From: an uncultured Candidatus Saccharibacteria bacterium
GTDB lineage: Bacteria; Patescibacteriota; Minisyncoccia; JAHISW01; Tagabacteraceae
NCBI GenBank assembly: GCA_964590835.1
Contig: CAZPYD010000002.1
Span: 1 to 60,362 of the forward strand
Length of the DNA: 60,362 bases
Reading direction: 5' to 3'
How positions within the stretch are numbered: the first letter of the stretch is position 1; every line of letters starts with the position of its first letter. Made by a program: the position numbers and the translations under genes. The notes beneath the pieces are model-generated. The model was not told where the DNA came from and did not search any database. It was given only the letters and a program-made list of their open reading frames with translations. This document shows positions 27,040 through 35,760 of this stretch, one piece after another.

Positions 27040-28764
27040 ATGAATTGTATAAAATTGAGTAAATTAAGCAATAATTCTCTTAAAAAAGATCTTTCTACCT
27101 CAGAGAGATTAAATATTCTTGTTGATTCTAATGATTATAAAAAACTATACAAGTTGGTTGATTTTGTTAAAAATGATTATAAGGTAATTCAACTGGAGGG
27201 AAAGAGTGGTTTTTTTAGCAATGAGCTTTTAGATTTTATTTCTGAAAGAAAAATATTTTGTAAGATTAATATAGATACTAATTTTACAGAGAAGAAAAAT
27301 TCTTTTAATCTTTTTTCGTCGATAAGTAAAAAAAATATCATGAAATTAGTTGTTAATATTTTGATATACCCAGATAAAAAATTAAGTGATTTAAAAAAAA
27401 TAGATAAAACAATAAGTTGGTTGTCAAAAAATAATATCAATAAAATACAATTTACTTTGTGTGATAGAAAAAGACCAGGGGAGCGGGCTTCTTTTGAGCA
27501 GTTGATCAATGTTTTATCATCAGCAAGATATGTTAGTTTTTCAAAAGTAATAAAAAAAGTTAATGGAATTCCGTATTGTATATTTTCAGATCCGGAGGAG
27601 TTGGTAATACGTGATTTAAGCCACCACAAAGAGAGATATTTTAAATTGGATAAGTGTAAAAAATGTTCATTAAAAAATAATTGTTCTGGAATTCCTAGAA
27701 TATATAAAAATGAGAAGATTGATAAGTTTATTAAGCCAGAAAAGAAACTTAAGGAAGTAACGATAGAATTAACAAGTAAATGTAATTTTGGTTGTAAGTT
27801 TTGTTTTAATAAAGCCAGTTTTGCGAAAGATGGGCGTGGTGGTGACGAAATGGGAACGGAGAAGATAAAAAAGATAATTGATCAAATAAAAAAGAGTGGT
27901 GTTTCTGTTGTTAGGTTCACAGGGGGGGAGCCCTTGTTGAGAAGTGATTTAATGGAGTTGTTGTTGTATACTAGAAACAAAGGGCTTAAAGTGAGGTTGA
28001 ATACTAATGGGTATTTAATTAGAGATTATGAGCATGCAAAAAAGTTGGCCAAGTACTTAGATTATGTTTTATTCTCTTTTCACGCTTATGATTTTAAAAA
28101 GGAAGAAAAAATTACTGGGGTTAAAAATTCATTTCAAAAGAAGATTCAAGCAATAAAATGGCTTAGAAAAGCAGGTGTTAATACCATAAGAATAAACACA
28201 GTTGCTTCGGTTGATAATATAAAAAATTTGGAAAAATTCTATAATTTATTTAAGGAGTTAAAAATAGATAGTTGGGCGACAAACAGATTAATTCCAGTTT
28301 TTGATGACAAGTGTATTTGGGGGAAGAAAGAGTTAGGGTTGTTGGTTAAAAAATTAGTGAAAATTAAAGAAGATATTAATAAAAATAACATTCCTTTACG
28401 GTTGCATATTGTTAATGCTGTTCCACTTTGTGCAATGAATCCGATAACAATGAACAGGGTTTGTATTGGAGGGAGGAGTGTTGATGGTCATGAACGTTTT
28501 GTGATAGATCCTCGAGGTTTTGCTAAGCCCATATATTATATTGATAAAAATATTGGAGATGCTTGTGATATTAAGGGTAGTTGGGAAAATAATTTTATGA
28601 AAAGTTTGAGGAGCTACGTTAATCTTCCGGCAGAATGTAAAAAATGTTCTTTGCTTGAAAAATGTAAGGGAGGTAATAGGTACTGTGCTTTTGTTGCAAC
28701 AGGTAATTTTTTTGGTAAAGATCCGTTAATGAATTACAATAATATAAATGATTTTGTTTGGTGA
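27040..28764 (+). CDS. radical SAM/SPASM-like protein with ~230-aa N-terminal extension carrying an extra Cys module, copy 1
   Basis: The N-terminus has IPYC...CKKCSLKNNCSG. The core has CNFGCKFCFNKASFAKDGRG and FTGGEPLL. The C-terminus has DGHERFVIDPRGFAKP...CKKCSLLEKCKGGNRYC. Confidence 0.85.
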   Translation: MNCIKLSKLSNNSLKKDLSTSERLNILVDSNDYKKLYKLVDFVKNDYKVIQLEGKSGFFSNELLDFISERKIFCKINIDTNFTEKKNSFNLFSSISKKNIMKLVVNILIYPDKKLSDLKKIDKTISWLSKNNINKIQFTLCDRKRPGERASFEQLINVLSSARYVSFSKVIKKVNGIPYCIFSDPEELVIRDLSHHKERYFKLDKCKKCSLKNNCSGIPRIYKNEKIDKFIKPEKKLKEVTIELTSKCNFGCKFCFNKASFAKDGRGGDEMGTEKIKKIIDQIKKSGVSVVRFTGGEPLLRSDLMELLLYTRNKGLKVRLNTNGYLIRDYEHAKKLAKYLDYVLFSFHAYDFKKEEKITGVKNSFQKKIQAIKWLRKAGVNTIRINTVASVDNIKNLEKFYNLFKELKIDSWATNRLIPVFDDKCIWGKKELGLLVKKLVKIKEDINKNNIPLRLHIVNAVPLCAMNPITMNRVCIGGRSVDGHERFVIDPRGFAKPIYYIDKNIGDACDIKGSWENNFMKSLRSYVNLPAECKKCSLLEKCKGGNRYCAFVATGNFFGKDPLMNYNNINDFVW

Positions 28765-28770
28765 TAAAAT

Positions 28771-29430
28771 ATGAAGATAATAAATATTAACTATAAAGAT
28801 CCGAATATAGACGCTATTAAAAAAGTTGCTGATGTCATTAAAAAAGGAGAAATGGCAATTGTTCCTGGTGACGCTGTTTATACTCTTGTTGGTGATGCAA
28901 CAAACATGGAATCCATAAAAAAAATAAACCAAATTAAAAAAAGAGATAAGGGTAAAGCGTTTAATTTAGGGTTGGGTAATTTGAGTGATATTAATAATTA
29001 TGGTTATTACGATAATAGAATTCTAAAAATTCAAGAAATGTTTCCGGATGAACCTTTTACTTTTGTGGTAAAAAGAAAGAACGGTGTTTTACCAGTAAGT
29101 CTTAATCCTAGTTATAAAAAACTTGGGTTTAGAGTACCTTTTAACAAGGTCACTTCAACGTTGTCTAAATTTAACCCCACTCCGGTTATAGGTACAAGCG
29201 CTAATGTTTCCGGTTTTGGAGATTCTCATTCAACAAGTGAAGTTATTGAATATTTTAAAAAGAATTTTGGAGAAGAATTGTGTCCTAAATTATTTTTAAA
29301 TGCAGGTCAATTAGAAGAAAGAAAACCATCTACTGTTATAGATGTAAGTGAGAATAAGATTAAAATAATAAGAAAAGGAGAAATAGATGAGGGTAATTTT
29401 TATCAAAAGATAAAACTAATTTCTATATAA
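28771..29430 (+). CDS. YrdC/Sua5/TsaC-like (acyl-adenylate forming) domain protein, copy 1
   Basis: AIVPGDAVYTLVGDA, IKKRDKGKAFNL, VIGTSANVSG, KPSTVIDV. Confidence 0.75.
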   Translation: MKIININYKDPNIDAIKKVADVIKKGEMAIVPGDAVYTLVGDATNMESIKKINQIKKRDKGKAFNLGLGNLSDINNYGYYDNRILKIQEMFPDEPFTFVVKRKNGVLPVSLNPSYKKLGFRVPFNKVTSTLSKFNPTPVIGTSANVSGFGDSHSTSEVIEYFKKNFGEELCPKLFLNAGQLEERKPSTVIDVSENKIKIIRKGEIDEGNFYQKIKLISI

Positions 29431-29510
29431 TAAGAAATGAACCTTTGTCTATTAAAAAAGAAAAAATTGCGGATTTGATTAAAGAATTTTCTGCTAAAGA
29501 TTAAGAAACA

Positions 29511-30719
29511 ATGACTAGTTTAAATTTAATTAAAAAATATAAATTGCAACCACCTTTTTTTATTTATAAAAAAAGTATTATAGAAAAACAATTTTTAAAG
29601 CTTAAAAATAATTTACCAAAAAATTTTGAGATTTTTTATAGTATCAAAGCTAACCCCAATATTCATGTTTTAAAAACATTGAAAAAATTAAACGCTAATG
29701 CTGAGATTTCATCAGGAGGTGAGTTGTCCAGTGCTTTGAAGGCAGGTTTTGTTTCAAATAAAATTATTTTTACAGGTCCAGGAAAAACAAACGAAGAATT
29801 AAAAAAAGCTATTAAGGCTAAAATCAATTTAATTATAGTAGAGTCTTTAAACGAAATTCGTCGGATAGAAAAAATTGCCTGTAAATTAAAATTAAAACAA
29901 AATATTTTATTAAGAATTAACCCTTCTTCTTACATAAAACAATCTAAAGCAGAAATGCTTAATTTGCCTGGGATAAGTCAGAAGCTTGGAGTAGATGAGG
30001 AGTATATTCCTAAGATTATTGATAGTTTGAAAAAAATGAAGAATGTTAATTTGGTGGGGCTTCATTTGTTTACGACTAGTAATATTTTTGATGAAAAAAT
30101 AATTATCAATAACACCAAGCATCTTTTTGAGGTAGTTAAAAAAATAGAAGCTGAGTTTTCCATTAATCTTCCTGTTATTAATATTGGTGGTGGTTTGGGT
30201 ATTGGTCATTCAGATAATTCTAAAAGACTCAATCTTGAAAAATTATCTCTTGGTCTTTCTGGGTTAATAGATAAATATAATTTTAATGATAAGAGGTTTG
30301 TATTAGAAACAGGTAGGTTTTTAGTGGGAGAGTCGGGTGAATACATTGCTAAAGTGATTGATAGTAAAGCATCTTATGGTGAAAAATTTTTGATTATTGA
30401 TGGAGGTAAAAATCATTTATCTTTAGCTTCTTTGTTAAAGGAAGGGCATTTTGTAGAAGTTTTAAATAAAAGACGAAAAGGAAAAAAAGAGTTTTTTAAT
30501 ATCGTCGGCAATTTAAATACACCAAATGATTTTATTAGTAAAACAACATTACCGGGAGATGTTAAGATTGGTGATTTGATTAGTGTTAAAAATACAGGCG
30601 CATATAGTTTTTCTATTAGTTGGCTTTTGTTTTCTAGTAGGCCAATTCCCAAAGAATATTTTTTGGTTAAAAAAGGTCATCTTAGGGATATTTCTAAAAA
30701 AATAGTAGTGAATGATTAA
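29511..30719 (+). CDS. PLP-dependent decarboxylase, fold type III (diaminopimelate/ornithine/arginine decarboxylase family)
   Basis: FYSIKANPN (PLP lysine), NIGGGLGIGH, ETGRFLVGESG, NTGAYSFS. Confidence 0.8.
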   Translation: MTSLNLIKKYKLQPPFFIYKKSIIEKQFLKLKNNLPKNFEIFYSIKANPNIHVLKTLKKLNANAEISSGGELSSALKAGFVSNKIIFTGPGKTNEELKKAIKAKINLIIVESLNEIRRIEKIACKLKLKQNILLRINPSSYIKQSKAEMLNLPGISQKLGVDEEYIPKIIDSLKKMKNVNLVGLHLFTTSNIFDEKIIINNTKHLFEVVKKIEAEFSINLPVINIGGGLGIGHSDNSKRLNLEKLSLGLSGLIDKYNFNDKRFVLETGRFLVGESGEYIAKVIDSKASYGEKFLIIDGGKNHLSLASLLKEGHFVEVLNKRRKGKKEFFNIVGNLNTPNDFISKTTLPGDVKIGDLISVKNTGAYSFSISWLLFSSRPIPKEYFLVKKGHLRDISKKIVVND

Positions 30720-30730
30720 AATACAATACT

Positions 30731-31465
30731 ATGAACACTATCAATAAAAAAACAGTTTTAATCAGTGGAGGTACAGACGGTATTGGAAAAGCCGCCACTC
30801 TTCGTCTTCTTGATGATGGACACAGTGTGGTGGCTTTTTCTAGGGATAGTTGTAAGTGTAATCAACTGAAAAAGGTTTTAGGTAGAATATATCCGCAAAA
30901 GCAATTTTTAGTACTCACTGCCGATGTAATAGACGAGACAAGTCTAAAACTAGTCGCCAATGAGGTTGTTAAAAAATTCGGTACCATAGATATATTGATT
31001 AATAATGCTGGTATTGGATATTTAACAGACTGTGATAAAGTCGACATGACGAGATTCCAGCAGATGATCCAAGTTAACATCGTTGGCATAGCTCTGTTGA
31101 CGAAGTTGATTGTTCCACACATGAAGAAACGTAAATCCGGTTTGATTATCAATCTTGCTTCTATATCAGAAAAAATTGCTTTTACTAATAGCGAATTTTA
31201 TAGTGCCACTAAGTTTGGTGTAATGGGCTACTCTCAAGGAATAAGAAATGAATTAAAAGATTTTGGAATAAAAGTTACTACAATATGTCCCGGCACGATT
31301 AAAACTAGTTTTTTTGATGTTGAGGAACTTAAGCGCCGTAAAAAAATACGGAAAGGAGAAACCTTGCCCATGTTGAATGTAGAAGATATCAGTAACATTA
31401 TTAGTTTAATCTGTAATCAATCTGAACATTGTGATATACAAGATTTAACAGTCATGCCTTTTTAG
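30731..31465 (+). CDS. short-chain dehydrogenase/reductase (SDR)
   Basis: ISGGTDGIGKA, NNAG, YSATK (YxxxK). Confidence 0.85.
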   Translation: MNTINKKTVLISGGTDGIGKAATLRLLDDGHSVVAFSRDSCKCNQLKKVLGRIYPQKQFLVLTADVIDETSLKLVANEVVKKFGTIDILINNAGIGYLTDCDKVDMTRFQQMIQVNIVGIALLTKLIVPHMKKRKSGLIINLASISEKIAFTNSEFYSATKFGVMGYSQGIRNELKDFGIKVTTICPGTIKTSFFDVEELKRRKKIRKGETLPMLNVEDISNIISLICNQSEHCDIQDLTVMPF

Positions 31466-32311
31466 ATGAAAAATAAAGAAAAATTTAATAAATTAGATTG
31501 GAGTCATGCCATACTTAATTGGGGGAGATACACTTCTCCTTTTAGATTGTCTAGTGATGATGTTGAGGTTTATTCATCTGTTTTGAGAAAATTTAAGAAT
31601 AAAAAGAGAATTTTACTTTTAGGATCTACTCCTGAAATTAGAGAGGTTTTGTCTAGTTTAGATTTTGAAATTGTTGTCGCTGATTTTTCTTACGAGATGC
31701 TTCAAGGTATGATTTATTTTGGAGATATTGATATAGATAAAGAGTGGTGGGTAAAAGCTGATTGGATGATTTTAGATAAATTCTTAAAAAATAATTATTT
31801 TGATTTAATTTTAGGAGACTTGGTTTTACGTAATATTGATTTTGGTAGACAAAATAAATTTTTAAAAATTATTTCTAGTTTATTAAATGAAAAAGGAATG
31901 TTTATAAGCAGAATTCACCATTATGATGAAAAAATGAGTTTAGTTAGTCAAAAAAAGATTGTTGAAGATGTTTTGTCTTTAAAAAATATTTCTCAAAAAT
32001 TAAAAGAAGATTTGATTACTTCTCGCTTATTTGATAAATACACAGAAAGAAAAAATAAAACAATTAATAAAAAATTGTTTTTAGAAGCTATAGGGAGTAA
32101 TAAAAAAATATTAAAAAATATTTATAAAAAGTGGGGAGACGAAAAAAGGACATGGACGCAACACACAAAACAAGAAATTCAAGAAATGCTTAAAAAATAT
32201 TTTTATATTGAAGAGAGAAAAATAGCGGAAGATTATATAGATTCGAAGTTTTATCCAACTTATGTTTTGAAGAAAATAGTAAAAGAAAAAACCGCCCCAA
32301 TTGAGATCTAG
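31466..32311 (+). CDS. possible class I SAM-dependent methyltransferase-like protein
   Basis: ILLLGSTPE...VVADFSYEML...DLILGDLVLRNI resembles Rossmann MTase motifs I-III, but motif I is atypical. Confidence 0.35.
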   Translation: MKNKEKFNKLDWSHAILNWGRYTSPFRLSSDDVEVYSSVLRKFKNKKRILLLGSTPEIREVLSSLDFEIVVADFSYEMLQGMIYFGDIDIDKEWWVKADWMILDKFLKNNYFDLILGDLVLRNIDFGRQNKFLKIISSLLNEKGMFISRIHHYDEKMSLVSQKKIVEDVLSLKNISQKLKEDLITSRLFDKYTERKNKTINKKLFLEAIGSNKKILKNIYKKWGDEKRTWTQHTKQEIQEMLKKYFYIEERKIAEDYIDSKFYPTYVLKKIVKEKTAPIEI

Positions 32312-32321
32312 GGCGGTTTTT
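32291..32321. terminator. bidirectional terminator between convergent genes
   Basis: accgccc-caattgagatcta-gggcggt flanked by A-run and T-run. It overlaps the stop at 32309-32311. Confidence 0.65.
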
Positions 32322-32344
32322 AGAAAAGTAGGAGTAAAAAAGAC

Positions 32345-32761
32345 CTACCAGCTGGTTTTTTTCAGTTTCCAGTTGTTGTCTTTCAGTTCCCAGATATAGG
32401 TGATGTTGATATATCCGGCGTAGTGGTTGGGGTAAACCGTGAACTTTACGGTTACCTGTTGGTCGTTGTTGCTGGAAGTCTTATAACTTCCTTTAATAAT
32501 CGGTGAACGTTTTTTGCCGATTATTTTCGGGAGATGCTTCCTGAATTTTTCTTTGGACATGAACACTCTGTTCTTGCCACCGGTCATGATTTTGGCATCG
32601 TCAGCAACGAAAGACATATAATTTTCAACATTTTTTGTCTTCCATGCTTCGGACATTTTTTTCATGTTGATATCAACAGCCTTTTCGTCGTCGTTCATTC
32701 CCTCATTTTTGGAGGCAATGGTGTTGTTGATGGCAAAAATCAGGGTAAAAATAGCGGCCAC
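32345..32761 (-). CDS. NTF2-like/DUF4440-like small protein, apparently frameshifted at its 5' end
   Basis: It is the only minus-strand gene inside the cluster and is visibly more GC-rich. The track start is a GTG. An RBS plus ATG at 32792 is out of frame by one A within an A8 run (see findings). Confidence 0.55.
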   Translation of the reverse strand: MAAIFTLIFAINNTIASKNEGMNDDEKAVDINMKKMSEAWKTKNVENYMSFVADDAKIMTGGKNRVFMSKEKFRKHLPKIIGKKRSPIIKGSYKTSSNNDQQVTVKFTVYPNHYAGYINITYIWELKDNNWKLKKTSW

Positions 32762-32911
32762 AATGGCGATGGTGAGGTTTCTTTTTTTTCATTCTTCTCT
32801 CCTTGTTTTTGGTTTTTAAAGAAACACTTTAGCCTGTTTTATATTATGCATTGAACAGATTCTTTGTCAATAGTTTTTTTAACTTCTTTTTTATAAAATA
32901 AAAGTATATTT

Positions 32912-33790
32912 ATGCCCAATGTTTTAATAACAAATAGATGTAATCAAAATTGTTCTTATTGTTTTGCCCAAAAAGAAATGAAAAAAAAGACAGAAGAAAT
33001 GCCTTTTTCGAGTTTTGAGAGAGTTTTAGATTTTTTAAAGCAGAGTGGAGATGAGAATCTTCGATTATTGGGTGGTGAGCCAACACTGCATTTTAGATTT
33101 AAAGATATTATTAAATTAGCTTTTGATAGAAAATTTTCTATTCAAATCTTTACTAATGGTCTTTTTGGGGAAGATATTTTAGATTTTTTGATAAGCAGGG
33201 GTTGTCAAATAAGATATAGTTTTAATATGAATTCAAAGGAAAAATATTCTTCTCAAAATTATAAACAGCTTTTAAAAAATCTAGAAAAAATTTCAGTTTT
33301 TAAAAATGTCTTGGTGGGAGTTGTGATATATGATAACAATTTTAATTTAGATTATCTTTTAAAAATTATAAAAAAATATCAAATAAAAAGTATTGCCTTG
33401 AGAGTGGCCAATCCAACTTTTTTGGTGAGTGGAAATACATTAATAAAAGAAATAAAAAAAATAAGTAAAGAAGGATTTGGTGTTGGTTTTGGATGCGGAT
33501 TATCTAAAAAATTATTTAATGAAAAACAAAGGGATGTTTTAAAGGAGGTTGGAGTCTTTAATAGTAATTATGGTTGCGGAGCAAATAGTGGTAAATTTGA
33601 CATAGGAGTTGATTTGTCTGTTTTTCGCTGTTTCCCTTTGGCTTGCTGGAAAAATAAAAATTTATTTGATTTTAAAAACACAAAAGAAATAGAACAATAT
33701 TTTTCCAGTAAAATGAAAGATTATCAATCAAAAAACTTAAAAGAAAATTTTATTCAACAAGGGCCGTGTTTTGCCAATTCATTAAAATGA
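32912..33790 (+). CDS. radical SAM protein
   Basis: CNQNCSYC, LLGGEPTL, FTNG. Confidence 0.85.
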   Translation: MPNVLITNRCNQNCSYCFAQKEMKKKTEEMPFSSFERVLDFLKQSGDENLRLLGGEPTLHFRFKDIIKLAFDRKFSIQIFTNGLFGEDILDFLISRGCQIRYSFNMNSKEKYSSQNYKQLLKNLEKISVFKNVLVGVVIYDNNFNLDYLLKIIKKYQIKSIALRVANPTFLVSGNTLIKEIKKISKEGFGVGFGCGLSKKLFNEKQRDVLKEVGVFNSNYGCGANSGKFDIGVDLSVFRCFPLACWKNKNLFDFKNTKEIEQYFSSKMKDYQSKNLKENFIQQGPCFANSLK

Positions 33791-34851
33791 AAATCGCACT
33801 TATTTGTTCATCAAGAAATATTATTCCGCCTACTAAAACCGGCGGGACAGAACAGCCTATTTTTTATTTGGCAAAAGGCTTGGCTGAAAGAGGGCATAAG
33901 GTTGTTTTATACGCAGCAAAGGGGTCAAAAGCACCAGGTGTAGAGGTAAAAGAAATTTCTCCTTTTGTTACCTTTGTTAGACAAAAACATTTAAATATCC
34001 AGGAAAGAATTTCCAGTTTTTATGATCTTACCGCTTTGTCTGGTTTTTTTAAAAACGAAGCGGATAGTTTTGATATTATACAATTCAATGGCTATGTATT
34101 TTATGAGATTTTACCTTTTGTTAATTTTTCAAAAACACCTGTGATAATTAGGGTGAATTATCCTCATAATTTAATTTATCCATATATAAAAGAGGGTCTC
34201 AAAAAAATTAAAAATGTTCACTATTTACCAATATCAAATTTTATAAAAAGTATTATGCCGGATTTAAAATATTTAGATCCTATTTATCCAGCAATAGATA
34301 TGGATGATTTTAGGTTTTCAGATAAGTCAAAAGATTATTTATTATTTGTTGGTAGAATATGCGGAAACAAAGGAACTCATTTGGCTATTGATGTTGCGAA
34401 AAAGACCGGGAAGAAATTAATTATTGCCGGGAGAGTGGAGGGTGGAGAATCGGAAGGGTATTTTGATAATCATATTAAGCCTCACATAGATGGCAAAAAT
34501 GTTGAGTATGTTGGAGAGGTTGATTTAAAGAATAAAGTTAAACTTTACCAAAAAGCTTTAGCAACACTTTTTCCAATTCAATGGGATGAGCCTTTTGGTA
34601 ATGTTCCTGTTGAGTCCATGTCTTGTGGGACTCCTGTGATTACTTTTAACAGAGCCGCAATGAGCGAATCGGTAAAAGATGGTTTGAGTGGTTTTGTGGT
34701 TGAAGATGGAGCTATTGATGCAATGATAGACGCAATAAAAAATATAAATAAAATAGATCGAATTAAAGTGAGAAAATGGGCAGAAGATAATTTTTCTTTA
34801 GATAAATGTATTAGTCAATATGAAAAAATGTATAAGAAAATAGTAAAATGA
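33787..34851 (+). CDS. glycosyltransferase family 4 (GT-B, retaining type)
   Basis: TGGTEQ at the N-terminus and EPFGNVPVESMSCGTPVI (E-x7-E region). ATGA overlap with the upstream stop. Confidence 0.8.
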   Translation: MKIALICSSRNIIPPTKTGGTEQPIFYLAKGLAERGHKVVLYAAKGSKAPGVEVKEISPFVTFVRQKHLNIQERISSFYDLTALSGFFKNEADSFDIIQFNGYVFYEILPFVNFSKTPVIIRVNYPHNLIYPYIKEGLKKIKNVHYLPISNFIKSIMPDLKYLDPIYPAIDMDDFRFSDKSKDYLLFVGRICGNKGTHLAIDVAKKTGKKLIIAGRVEGGESEGYFDNHIKPHIDGKNVEYVGEVDLKNKVKLYQKALATLFPIQWDEPFGNVPVESMSCGTPVITFNRAAMSESVKDGLSGFVVEDGAIDAMIDAIKNINKIDRIKVRKWAEDNFSLDKCISQYEKMYKKIVK

Positions 34852-35756
34852 CAAAACAAAAATATTTTGAATCACTAATGATAGAGCCGACTAACAAATG
34901 CAATTTAAGTTGCCCCGTTTGTCCTACGGGAAATAAAGCAACTTTAAAAAAGAAAGGTTGTATGAAGTTTGACCAGTTTAAATTAATTGTTGATCAGGTA
35001 GATGGGTTTTTGAAAAATATAAATTTATGGGGTTATGGTGAGCCTTTTTTAGCTTCTAATATACATAAGATGATAGATTATGTAGGAGATAAAAAAATAT
35101 TTTTAACTATTCATACTAATGGAAGTTTTTTAAACAAAGAGGTGATGGATGTATTAAAAAATAATTATAAAGTTAGTGTTTCTTTTTCTGTTGATGGATT
35201 GTCTCAGGAGACATATGGTCATTATCGACTAGGGGGAGATTTTGAGAAGGTTTTTGGGAATATGTTGCGTTTGATTAAATTTAAACAGAAAAACAATTTA
35301 TCTAATTTACAAATTATTTGGCAATTTTTAGTAAATAGAGTTAATGAGTTTGAAGTTTCTGAGGTTATTGAGATAGCTAAAAAAATTAATGTTAATAAAT
35401 TAAAACTAAAAACAATTAGTATCGGAGACGATCATTCTAGGTACAAGGACTTTATTCCTGATAATCAAAATTACCATCGTAAAAAAGTAACTGATCCTAA
35501 TTCGGTTATTTGTTTTTTTGTTGATTCAGGGATGCCTGTTGTTACTTGGGATGGTAATGTTCTACCATGTTGTCAGGATTACAAAGATAAAGTGATAATG
35601 GGGAATGTTTTTCGAAGAAGCTTAATAGATATTTGGAATAATAAAAAATATCAGAAATTTAGAAAAGATTACAGAAAAGATAAAAATGATTTTTGTAATA
35701 AAAAGTGCAGATTTGCCAAAAAATTTAAGCTTTATGTTAGGGAAATAGATTTTTAA
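34848..35756 (+). CDS. radical SAM/SPASM-like protein
   Basis: CNLSCPVC, WGYGEPFL, a C-terminal VTWDGNVLPCCQD...CNKKC. ATGA overlap with the upstream gene. Confidence 0.85.
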   Translation: MTKQKYFESLMIEPTNKCNLSCPVCPTGNKATLKKKGCMKFDQFKLIVDQVDGFLKNINLWGYGEPFLASNIHKMIDYVGDKKIFLTIHTNGSFLNKEVMDVLKNNYKVSVSFSVDGLSQETYGHYRLGGDFEKVFGNMLRLIKFKQKNNLSNLQIIWQFLVNRVNEFEVSEVIEIAKKINVNKLKLKTISIGDDHSRYKDFIPDNQNYHRKKVTDPNSVICFFVDSGMPVVTWDGNVLPCCQDYKDKVIMGNVFRRSLIDIWNNKKYQKFRKDYRKDKNDFCNKKCRFAKKFKLYVREIDF

Positions 35757-35760
35757 TAGT

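Noticed and set aside
29437-29478. 13-aa ORF (MNLCLLKKKKLRI) in the gap before the decarboxylase
   Set aside because: Too short, no RBS, and low complexity.
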